64,000 nt of DNA from Macrostomum hystrix (taxonomy: Eukaryota; Animalia; Platyhelminthes). The DNA is taken from contig CATNEN010000037.1 of NCBI GenBank assembly GCA_950097015.1, positions 3,224,001 to 3,288,000 on the forward strand. The letters run 5' to 3'. Shown in pieces: positions 1-11,272 of this stretch (positions are counted from its first letter, which is position 1; every line of letters starts with the position of its first letter). The translations under genes and the position numbers were made by a program. The notes under the pieces were generated by a model. It saw only the letters and a program-made list of their open reading frames with translations. It was not told the DNA's origin and searched no databases.

Positions 1-753
1 GCCTGTTCAGTATTTGATATATTATTATAGGATTCTATTTTTGTAAAGCAGAATTCGCCATTTGTAATCTAAATTATTATCTAAATCTGAATCTTTCTTT
101 TCCTACTTTCCTAAAAGTGATTTATTACTGTTGTGAGCTAAGTCAATTATCTTCGTGGTAAATTATCCCAGTATTCAATTATCTTAAGAGGTAAATTATC
201 CCGATGGTAACTTATCCTAAGCAGTTATTAGTCACAACTGTCAATTATCTAAATTTTCATCCTTGTAGTCAGTTATCTCAGCAGTCATTTATCGACATAA
301 GTGTAAATCTAAATGCCAAAAAGCGGTAATAGAAAACTAATAATAATTGCTATTACGCTCGTAATAGTAGTATAGTAGTAGTAGTAGTACTAGCAATATA
401 GTTTTGCAGCCTTTGAAAACTAAACTCTTTTACAAGAACGATACTAAACGAAGCGACATAACGTAGGGTTGGGTGGATTCGGGAGTTCCGGCTACTAATG
501 AATTCTCCAAGGAAACTGATAGGTCGCTGCGTCATCAATCACCGGGAAACCTCCTGTTTCAGTAATTACTAGTTCGGGGGAAGGTTCACTGTTCTTCAGT
601 CAGCGCGGGGGAAGATTATTCAAGAAAATGTTATAATGCTTTCTTTCCTCTTAGAAAGTTGAAACTCGAGTCACTCTCTTTGAGCGAATGTTTACATCCC
701 TGTTTTCTTGTTATTCGACAGATATCTCTGAATTCACCTTCCTTCTAATTCAG

Positions 754-3549
754 GCCGTTGAACGGCAGAGGAACAAGGAGAGGCTGAGAAGCATTCAGGT
801 CAGCCGCGACGATGAAAGGTGAGCTCAGGACTTTTTTCTGCTGATGCATTTAAAGAGATCAAAAAAGGGAGGTGACAAGTGGAGAGGGAAGAGGTGGGGA
901 GAGAAGAGGTGGGGAGAGAAGAGGTGGAGAGGGAAGAGGTGGAGTGGGAAGATATGGAGAGGGAAGAGGTGGAGAGGGAAGAGGCGGAGAGGGAAGAGGC
1001 GGAGAGGAAAGAGGTGGAGAGGGAAGAGGTGGAGAGGGAAGAGGCGGAGAGAGAAGAGGCGGAGGGGAAAGAGGCGGAGAGGGAAGAGGTGGAGAGGGAA
1101 GAGGTGGAGTGGGAAGATATGGAGAGGGAAGAGGTGGAGAGGGAAGAGGCGGAGAGGGAAGAGGTGGAGAGGAAAGAGGTGGAGAGGGAAGAGGTGGAGA
1201 GGAAAGAGGCGGAGAGAGAAGAGGCGGAGAGGGAAGAGGTGGAGAGGGAAGAGGTGGAGAGGGAAGAGGTGGAGAGGGAAGAGGCGGAGAGAGAAGAGGC
1301 GGAGAGGGAAGAGGCGGAGAGGGAAGAGGTGGAGAGGGAAGAGGTGGAGAGGGAAGAGTTGGAGAGGGAAGTGGTGGAGAGAAAAGTGGTGGAGAGAGAA
1401 AAGGTGGAGAGGGAAGAGGTGGAGAGGGAGGATATGGAGAGGGAAGAGGTAGAGAGAATGGGTGGAGAGAGAAGATATGGAAAGAGGAAATCAAGAGAGG
1501 AGAGAGGAATTTGAGAGGAGAGAGGAGAGTGCAGTTATTAGAGTTCGCAAAATATGAGATAACAAAGACTGAGAAACCGGATGAACAGGCAATACAGGAA
1601 GATACAGACAAAACAGATTCCGAGTCTGTAAATCACGGGTATCACTTGTAGCGTGAGCACTAATAGAATCTGTGCCCGGACTCATTCCCTACTCAGTCGG
1701 CAGTGTAGCTGCTGAATCAACGCGGAGAAACACGTATTGTCACACGCGTGTCGTGCAGCAAAGGCTAGCTATAGTAGGCCTGTAGAGGAGGCCTCAAACG
1801 AACCAACTCCTGATTAGGGGGCAAGAGAGACAGTGTGAGCTCAGTAGGCAATAAGTCAAGAGTTGTTGAGCAGTCACGAAGTCGCATGACTAAAGGATCT
1901 TTTTTTCCGTGTCCCTCGCCCTAAGCCGCTGGCACTCTTTTAGGCTCAGATAAAGAGAAGCCAATCCAATTGCCTGTCACTATAGCTCCAAGGCCTCTAC
2001 GACCCACATCCAGCTGTTTGTTCCGCTGGCGATGGGGGATGGAATTTTTTGAGGAAAAGGAAAAACGTCAGGCCAGCTGGTGTAGTTTGATTTAGCAACT
2101 CCGACTAGTTTAGAGAATTTAGTTAGGATTTCACGGGAAGGTGTCTAACAGTAACGATAAGAGTATTCGCTCTAAATAGAAAATAAAAAGCCTTTTCCAT
2201 TCCGTAAATCCTACTTAGTTAGTAGTGTAGATTGCAGAAGAAAATATGAAAATGTTTGAAGAAGTGTTTAGTACGGTAATTAATTTTGGTGCTAATTTTA
2301 AACCGGTAACTTTAAACTTTGTACTTTGTAACTTTGTACTGACTGCCGCCACTTTATTTTTTGACTACTTGTAGTTCGACTTACTTCTAATAAAGAAATA
2401 CACCACCAAACCTTTTTGTCCTGCTAGCTTCGGCCTTCAAAATCACCATCACCAGCAGCAGCAGCAGCAGCCTAGCTGGTCCGTTCTCGATAGTCATCAT
2501 TTAAGCCAGTACCAGCCGCCATCTCGACCGCGAATGCCGCGTCTAGGCCTGCGAGCTGCCGCAGCCGCCGCTGCATCGTCAACAAGAAGGTGTCAAACTT
2601 AGTCTTGTGACAACGGGAGAAAAATGGACTTAGACAGTGGTTAGAGCGTCGGACTCGCGACTTGAAGGTCGGGGTTCGATTCCCGACCCCACTGGAACAT
2701 TTTTGTCATTCAGCAAAACACTAAACTCTGCACTGCTTCAGTTTACCCAGCTGTTAAATGGGTACCGGCATCAGCAGGGCGGGGGTCGGTGGCAGAGCGG
2801 TTAACGCGTTTGCCTCTCGCACCAAGGTACCCTAAGTTTGATTTCACGGCGAGGCCACATTTATTTGGGGCGCAGCCGCGGAGAGAAGGCTTGGGGGCTT
2901 GTCGTGCAATTTACGCCCTTGAGGGCCAACCTCCAAGGCACAGTTAAATTTACACTGCCTGACGATAAGAAAGTCAGGGCAGATGTACACACCTGTGTGA
3001 GTGTGTGCCTGCGTACAGTATATGTGTGCGTGTGTGCTCAGGAGTCAGCGAAATGTGCAGAATTGCCTCCTCGCTGGCTGCGGGTCTAGTGTCACTAAAT
3101 GATGTGCCATTGCCCGCAGCCCTCCTGCAATTATTATTATTATTATTAGCATCAGCAGGGGTAATTGAGGGTGGGTGTTGCGTTCCCCCCAGTCCATGGA
3201 CTGAACAGCCGTACGCAGCCTTTAGTTGCGCTGTGCAATAACCGCAGCTGTGCTGTCGGCGGAATATTAGTACATCAATCGCTGACCGACCACTGCACAC
3301 AGGCCCGAGTCCATGCTGGTGCAGGCTTCCACTGGCTGGCGAGATCAGCAGCCGTCCTCGGGACCGCAGCCACCGGCTGCTGATTATAGAATCCGGCCTT
3401 TCCTAGAAACGGTCAGTTTTAGTCTCGGATTGAATTTGAATTTGAATTTGAATTTGAATTATTTTGTGTATCAGTATAACAAACAAAAAGAAATAAATTA
3501 ATTAAACACCTGCGAATTTCAGTCGGACTCCACAGTGGCCCACCTTTGA
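754..3549 (+). CDS. Probable 3' exons of an unidentified gene that starts upstream of the window (exons 754-818, 2428-2589, 3303-3411, 3523-3549)
   Basis: Four GC-rich segments flanked by AG/GT sites whose phases chain (0/2, 2/2, 2/0, 0/stop). They give [39 protein letters not shown]...[19 protein letters not shown]...[17 protein letters not shown]. No homology recognised; the last two exons are the least certain. Confidence 0.4.
880..1455. repeat. 15-bp purine-rich tandem array (GGAGAGGGAAGAGG[T/C])n, ~38 units
   Basis: Read directly; explains the stop-free ORFs 844-1452, 859-1611, 872-1651 and 879-1514. Confidence 0.95.
2626..3222 (+). mobile_element. SINE family A (tRNA-derived head plus CORE-like body), interrupted by a family-B SINE
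   Basis: A-box-like ...AGTGGTTAGAG and B-box GGTTCGATTCC, then GCAAAACACTAAACTCTGCACTGCTTCAGTTTACCCAGCTGTTAAATGGGTACC. After removing 2780-3160 it is colinear with the copies at 10805-11008 and 23954-24228. Confidence 0.85.
2780..3148 (+). mobile_element. SINE family B (tRNA-derived, (TTA)n tail) with 12-bp TSD GCATCAGCAGGG
   Basis: A-box TGGCAGAGCGG, degenerate B-box, (TTA)n tail. TSD at 2768-2779 and 3149-3160. Closely similar second copy at 52949-53315 (-). Confidence 0.9.
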
Positions 3550-6500
3550 TGGAATCTTTTAGCGGCTAATCTTCACACTGCAGTACCTCTATAAGCTGCA
3601 TAATTACTATTTATCATAGCAGAATCTTATTGTGTTCTCGTCGCTTTTTTATTTCTTATAGTCTTTATAAAGTTCACTAGAATTTAGTTACATAATAATT
3701 TCATACTTTCCGCTTTAAAGACCAGATTTTCTCGCCGATCTATGCTTTTACCCCTCGTACTTAAACAATTCTATCGATTTTTTAGAGATTTTTTAAATTT
3801 TACTTTACTTTAGACAGCTTCTGTATAGACAGCAATGTTACTAAAAGTGCAATATATTTGCCATTAGGTGTACACATTATATATGCTGTGCACTGGCTAT
3901 CGTCTTTGCGTGCAAGCTGATTCTCACTAGCAATATTATTTTGAGTATATTTCATAGATCTGCACTCAACTCAGGTACGCCATCTTGATTGTATAATATA
4001 GCTAGCTTTAAGCATACGCTCCTCTTTTTCATTCAATCATAATTTGTTGTAATTACTCGTGCAAATTATTCGGCTAACTTATCGCATTCTATATATATTA
4101 ATAAATAAAATCAGTTTTTGTGATTGAAATAATGGGCTTCATTAGTGCTCGCGCCAATCAGTGCATAGATTACAAAAAATTGGCGATCGATAAAATAATC
4201 ATAAGCCACTAGTCTTCGTCTGGGCAGCATGTTTTTCGACTTATTTTATTTCACTTTTTAGTACTTATTTTACAAAATGCGATCAATTTCGAAAGGACAA
4301 TAGAAGTAATGACATCTATCGCACAGTACCACCAATGCGAGATAAAAAATTACTGTTCATCGAGTTATTTTTAATCATCTTTCTTATCTTTGTTTTCAGT
4401 ATGCTTCATACTGCTTCGTGCATGCAAATACATTGTAATCAAAGTTTTAGAGGAGAATGCAAAAGAACCTTTAAAAGAGCATGGTATCGTTGGAAAGCGA
4501 CTCGCATAAATTACACATACAGCAATTGCGATGTAAGAAATGAAAGTTATCAATCCGCGGGTAAATCCAAAAGCAACTGCAATTATTGTTGCGCGAAAAA
4601 GTAATTGCTTCTGTGTAATTCAAAGCGTACCAATCAATAGTTCTTCTATCGGGTGCATCGTTTTTTGGTACGATAAGCACATTAATTCCAAACTTTTTTT
4701 GATTTTCTCCAATTTTAATTTTAATTTCCGGAATGAACATTATGGCGCGTAATTGGCGGATATTATTTTTGATTATCGGAATTTCCATGAATGAACTTTA
4801 GCAATTGTATTGTATCAAGTCAATTCAATCATATTAATCCTACATCGATAAGACAGCTCATCGTATCAAAGGAATGGAGCTGAACAGCGTAACCTATTTA
4901 CATGTAAAGTGTAAGAACCTAAAATTGTATTTTTCCTAGCGTCTTCCCAAGAATCATGCATGCATGGTTGGCATGTGTTTTAATTGACAAGACTGCAATG
5001 TGTCGAAAGTTATTAGACGTTCAATTTGCAGCTGTTAATTATTATTATGCACCATTGCAAAGTCATCTTCTGAAATTACATCTTCATATTTTTTGCTGCC
5101 TCAGATGGTTTAAAAGGTTTATGTAGGCCTATACAATAATAGAGTATACATATACTGTGGGTTATCAATGCATTATGTGTAGGTTTAATTGAAAGTATAG
5201 TTTTGAAAACAACTGCTAGTTTACAAACTGAATAGAGCAACTGATATAGGGAAAGGCATCGTCTAAACAATTTGAGCTGGAGTCTGTCAGTAAATTAAGC
5301 TGTGGAACTATAATATAAGATAATATAGTAGTTTGACAAGCAAAGTAACATTTTTATTACTAATTAAGTTTCAATTCAGCAAGTACAACATTTTTCTATA
5401 ATATGAACTGATGTAGGACTTTAATGATGAGATTAAACTTGAAAAACATAGATAAGCATATGCAACATGGCATAAGTATATGACAGTATGAAGAATTTTA
5501 AACTGCATAGAAACAGTGTCATCCAAAACAATTGTATATTGAAATGGAAGAAAGAATGTAAGCATTTTGTTATGCAATTTGATGGGCACATACAACAAAA
5601 GTACACAGTAATTGAAAAAGTGCAACTCTGCATATATAGTGTTTGGCAGAGAAATATATACTGAGTAGGACATATTCATGGATCCCGAAAGATATGAATA
5701 AAACATGAGGAGAAAAATAGTTAAACCAATACTCAATGAATCATCAGTGTCAATTTATAGCACTCTCAAGTACACTGTAATTTTTTGTTTTTCTTTCTTG
5801 TTCCTTCAATCTAATGGCCCCAGATGGTACCAGAGAGAATGTAAATTCTGATTGTAGTCTGGTCAAAATCTGTGCTGCTGTAAAAGCCATTCTTTGCAGT
5901 ACAATGCAATTTGAAGAAACTGGTATGGCTGCTGCACTGTTCAACCAACTGGACCATACAGAACATTCGAGTCTCGCCTCAGCCATGAAAATCCCACTCA
6001 AGGACACAACATTTTTATTGCTTTCAACCACAATCCCTATAATCCTCAAAAACAATAGCACACTGAAAGTCATGCAGTGAAGCTGATAGACATTGAAGTT
6101 GAATTTCCTTCCTGGTGAAGACTTGGACATACCATTTTGTAAAAATTGGACGATTATTTAAAGTTTACTCTTCCCTGTAGTCAGAGCTACTGTGCGGCCC
6201 AGGAATTGATGCATCAATGCCTGAATCATCAGCACAACGCGTTGATGTGCCGTGAGATCTTCCAATGTACAGCAACTTGCCTGGTCGGGTGGAATAAACA
6301 GCTGACTTCTCTGCCGATACTGATGTTATGATGGTGAAGCCACGTGCTGTGCTAGCAGGTGTTGTTGATGCATCTCGATGCATCTAATTTATACTTGTCA
6401 TTCTCATTGTCTATGTCACTATCAGTCAGTGTCGTTTGGGGACATTTTATTTGCAACCCTGCAAGCTAACAAATGTGTATATAAACGAGGTTGATATGTC

Positions 6501-6616
6501 GACATAATCGTCTTTAACCATTGTCATGAATAGGTTGGCGCGATTCGACTTGCAATATACTGTTATTTATTACAACGCGATATAAACTAAGAATGTAAAA
6601 TAGTGTTAGTTCATAC

Positions 6617-7003
6617 CTGTCTTGTAAGTCTCTTCTCAAAACGAAACACCTTCCTGCGGAGCATGTCCCTCTCCTTGAGAAGTTTCTGAAGATTCATCTG
6701 ACGCTTCTTCCTCTCTCGGTGACGAGCTGCTTCAGAACGATTGTGAGATTCCACCCTGGCTGTTGGTGCATTGTTCACTGCAGCATTTGCGTACTTTAAT
6801 CTATCGCGGCATGCCCTAACACGATCACGGGTGTTGTTGCGACTGACGATCAGCTTACATTGACTCCTTGTCTGACACTGCTTAATATATGCTTTTCTGG
6901 CAGATTCCTGTCTCGCAGCCCTGTAGCCATCTGGATCAGTTGATAACTTCCTTTCGCAGTACCGACGGTCGCACAGTTTCTTCTTTTGAATGTCAACTGG
7001 CAT
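6617..7003 (-). CDS. Isolated exon-like ORF encoding a basic, helical 129-aa segment (possibly a DNA-transposon accessory ORF or a remnant)
   Basis: Acceptor CCCTTTCAG two nt before ATG (7003) and donor CAG|GTATGA at 6616. Sequence MPVDIQKKKLCDRRYCERKLSTDPDGYRAARQESARK...RHRERKKRQ...KRLTRQ. It lies in an AT-rich block with no recognisable continuation. Confidence 0.35.
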
Positions 7004-8347
7004 TCCTGAAAGGGTATACAGAGTGGAAGCAGTGCTGACGCAGGTATGCATAAAAGCCACATTGTCTCACTCTATGCAACCAATAGCATAGAGTATATAT
7101 ATTGTAAAATTTACAAATTAAGTAGTGTAAAATACTTAAATGGTAACATTAATCTGCTGGACATGATAGAATGAAAAATATATAAATCGTCTCTCCCTAG
7201 TCCTCAAATTTGTGCCTCATAATCCCTTTTAATGGAAGTATGCTTATGGGTAGGGCCTATATTTTTACAGTCAATATACATAAACTTTCAATAATTTTAA
7301 CTAAAATATTTTCAGTTTAGCTGCAATACACTTCTGAGTTATATTTTTATGATTTGAATCTGCAAAATAATTTTGTTGTACTTCATGCACATGCAACTAC
7401 AACATGTCACGTTTATATGCAATGATCATGCATATTGTAAGCATTTAAGCTTATTCAATTCATTTATTGCAGGCATGATACATTATATATATAGTGTATG
7501 CACATTATGGTACACAAAATACTTTTTTGGATACTATGTGTCCATAGTAGTATTCCAATGGCATACTATACTACCCCACGTAGTATCCCAATGCTTCATT
7601 CTATGCCATATGTTGCATATGCCATTTTATGTCTATAACAGATACTATTAAACAATAGAGTATATCATAATGTAAAGAATTACAAAATAGGCACTTTCTG
7701 TCAAAACAAGATTTTTTGAAAACAGGAGCAGGAGGAACAGTTTTCTTGCACTGGTATGCAACTTGACAAACATCACAAAGTCATTTGAAGGCTGCAAATT
7801 ATTAACCAATAAATTATAATATGTATTCTATGAAAGGATGTAATTGGGTCCTCCAATAGAAATAAAACATTATAAATCTAATGCTTGATTGGTATGTTCA
7901 GAAAAAAGTACAATACATATGCATCTAGGGAGAATAAATAAAAGAAGAGTCTGACATTCTCACAACAGACACAAGAAATTGTATGGTAAAAAAAGTCCAG
8001 CAAAATTGGGATGCCCCATTTTTACTCAGTGAAGCTAAAAATATAGTTCTCAGTAGTGGCTTCCACAATGAGAACTTTGACTTTCTAAAGCAAATCTCTA
8101 AAGCAAATCAGGCTATAAAATGTATGTTTCATTTACCATCATAATCAATAGCGACATTTCAAAGTACGTGGAATTACAAACGCACTTAATTTCCAGGCAT
8201 TTTTATTTCCATACGCTATTATCTTATGCTTAAAATTCTGATAACTAACTGTGTATAACATAATTTTTTCAGTGAGGTCCAGCAAAGTGCTGTTCAAGAA
8301 CATTACCATAGCTTTGTTTTAATACAGTTACAATAATGCTACCCCAA

Positions 8348-8727
8348 GCGTCGGTTATGTTACATTTGTGGTGTTTTCATGCTTTCTAAAGTGAAGGCAA
8401 AGCACATAATTAATATCTAATACTTTGTTCAATACGTGTTGTAGAGTTATATTCATTTTTTATGTCGAAATCTATGCCTTTAAAATGCTTTCCTTTTTAG
8501 CGACAAAATTTCGGCGTCGGTTATGTTACATGCGGTGCTCACCAAAAAGTTTATGACTTGAAAAAATATCAAACCTCGAAAAAATCTCGACGAGATGCGT
8601 CAAGATTAGCGCATTGAATTTATGAGAAACATTTACACATTTTAGTAAAGTTCTATTCCAAGATATTCATAAGGAGCGAAGAAACGGCGTCGGTTAGGTT
8701 ACAAAAAATGGCGTCGGTTAGGTTACA
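8348..8727. repeat. Four spaced copies of the 17-mer GCGTCGGTTA(T/G)GTTACA
   Basis: Copies at 8348, 8514, 8687 and 8711; partial inverted match ACCGACGC near 9362. Confidence 0.8.
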
Positions 8728-10173
8728 CGCCGATTTACGGACATCGATTTATCGCTCAGAGAATTTTCATTTTCTGCAAAAATTCGAAAACAACACATAA
8801 AGCTCCATCTTTGGAATGCCGTCTTTGTATATTTCATTTGCCCAACAGCCGATTCTAGACTTTTAGTGGAATAAAATAGGATATTAAAAAACAGCTCTTA
8901 CTACGGACATCATAGTTGCACGCGTTTCGAGAAATAAATTGTCTGCTAATACTAAAACAAATCGGCCTTCAGCTGTTCTTTCTGCTACAAAGCTTTGGGT
9001 GACCATACGGTTGGTTTGTATATAAATTTGCCCAATTATATTATTGAGTTAAGAGAATATTTGCACCGGACACATTTCTACAGATTTCAGCAGAGTATCG
9101 TTTCGGATTTACCCCCGCAAACATAACGTTTGTGTTTAAACAAAATGTTATAAATAAACAGGTGCATAATACGTAAATTTTTTGTAACTCTGCAAACGCA
9201 ATTACATATTATTTTTTCAATAGAAAAAAGTTATAAGTTAGGATGTAAAAAGTTATAATTTGGCTTCACTACAATCAGATATGTTTTTTAACATTCCTCA
9301 ATTTTTCACTTTTCCTGTTGCATCATATTAAGTCTCAATAGTTACCTGTGCAAGCCATGCTACCGACGCGGTAACTTTTTTTTGAAAAAAAAATATAATT
9401 ATTGGCCTTTCTTTTTCAAACTAATCAAATTGCTTTTTCTATCTCAGCAGCGTATATAAAGGACCTTTGTAACATATTATACATGTACATTTTCCCTTAC
9501 TTGTATACATACTTACATTGTATGTATACTAGGCATTGTTCATTGAATACATTTAAAGGACCATAGAAAAAAATAAAACATCGATCGTATATAAAAAGTT
9601 TACTATTTTTTGTTTTTTTCTGACACAAATTTTCAGCTAGGAGCTTTTAAAAATTGTGGAACGCATTATTTGTTAAAAGATCGAAATATCTATTGTAGAC
9701 ACAATGGTAGACAATAATTAATAGACCATAATAATATTAATAGACCACCAAAATCAAAATATATCTTTCAGATTTTTTGTTTTACTTTCTTCTTTGAAAC
9801 AGTTCTCTTCTCAACTATTTATTACAACAACAAATAAATAAACTTAATAATCTAATGTGGATTTCTGTTATACAATTATTAAATTTTACTAGAAAGTGAA
9901 TACAAAATGTAATTAATGCAAAATGTTAATTTTTGAATGTTGTTAAAAGAATCTTTTTCTGCATAAATCAAGTTAAATTTTGCTTTCTAATTAAAACCAA
10001 CATGCTTGATTTTTGTGTTTTTATTCTATGTTTTTGTGCCCTCAAATTTTAGAGACTTGTAAGCCATTATCCAGGGCATGAACTCTGTTATCTTCATTAA
10101 AATCGAATTTTGTGTAAAAAAATCTATCTTCTAAATTGTGTAATTCATCTTTATTTCAGACTGTGAAGCAATT

Positions 10174-11272
10174 ATGCTAGCCAGATATCAATTCACATTT
10201 CTACTATTGGCGCTGTTGCTGTTGTTTGACATGTTCGTTAACTCAGCAGTTGATTATGTGGCCACGTCAAGTGTCAACCTGCTTGTTCTCTACATGTAAG
10301 CTAACTGGTCTGCGATTGTTCAATAATTGTCAAGATATGACAAACAATTTAACAGAGTAAATTTTTTGTTAAAATTTTATTTCAGCCTCCAGGATCTCTT
10401 CATCCTGTTTGCATTCATCCTGATCTTTCTGCAGTTCTTTAGCACATACTTTTTCAAGGCCGGCCTAGCCAGGGTTCTCATTGATAGGTTTAAGCTGACC
10501 ATCATCTTCACAGTCATGTATTTCGGCCTGACCATCGGACTGCACATCTGGAATTTGGTGCGTCAATATATATTTTTTTCTCACTAAAATTTTCGTTTCA
10601 ATGTCGAATGTAACGAGGATTTGTAACGAATTGAGTTTGAATTTAATTGATTTTCAGACTCTGCGCTGGGAAACTATAACCAATATACCGACATCGGCTG
10701 GCTATGCCGCGCTGTTCGCCATCCAAAGAGGATGTGAGCTCAATGATTGGGTTCTGGGAATCAACTAGATCTGATGAACCCATTTCTGTCAGTAGCAGAA
10801 AATAGCAGTTCAGTCCATGGACTGGGGGAACGCCACACCCACCCTCAATTACCCCAGCTTATGCTGGTACCCATTTAGCAGCTGGTTGAACTGAAGCAAT
10901 CCAGAGTTATGTGTCTTGCTAAATGGACACAAATTGTTTCAGTGGAGTCGGGAATCGAACCTCCGACGTTCAGTTAGTGAATCGGATGCTCTTTCACAAG
11001 ACTAAAACCTAGTGAAACATGAAATTTCAGTGAATATAGATTTTAGCTTGTCTAGACATCCTTCATTATTCTTTAGCAGAGTTTGTGGGCCGTCTCTCCT
11101 GACGCAGATATTTAATCCGATGAAGATTTGTTCCTAATTAAAATCATTGCTTGTAGTTTCCGTGTTCTACTACTATATCTACAAGCGGTCTTTGTTGCGC
11201 CTCGGGGACGAGAGATTCTACAAAGACTCGGCCTTTTTCAGACGAGAATTCGAGAGACGCAGAAACGACTGA
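10174..11272 (+). CDS. TMEM138: Transmembrane protein 138 (ciliary membrane protein), exons 10174-10295, 10386-10557, 10658-10733, 11157-11272; 161 aa
   Basis: GT-AG exons join in phase to give MLARYQFTFLLLALLLLFDMFVNS...LVLYILQDLFILF...FFSTYFFKAGLARVLIDRFKLTII...LHIWNLTLRW...FAIQRGFSVFYYYIYKRSLLRLGDERFYKDSAFFRREF. This matches the TMEM138 pattern as recalled (D.FVN, Q-D, F.AGL, LRW, Q-R, YKR..RLGD..FY.DS) and the ~160-aa length. Confidence 0.93.
10805..11008 (-). mobile_element. SINE family A copy in TMEM138 intron 3
   Basis: Reverse complement carries B-box GGTTCGATTCC, the CORE-like body and the CCCCCAGTCCATGGACTGAAC segment shared with 2626-3222. Confidence 0.85.

Noticed and set aside
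859-1611. Extensin-like (SPPLP)n ORF on the minus strand and Gly/Arg-rich ORFs on the plus strand
   Set aside because: These are translations of the 15-bp purine repeat; several frames are open at once and there is no splice or codon support.
2626-2700. Functional tRNA genes here and at 19035-19092, 19148-19208, 24160-24228 and 53240-53315
   Set aside because: A/B boxes are present, but no complete cloverleaf was found and most continue into shared SINE bodies.
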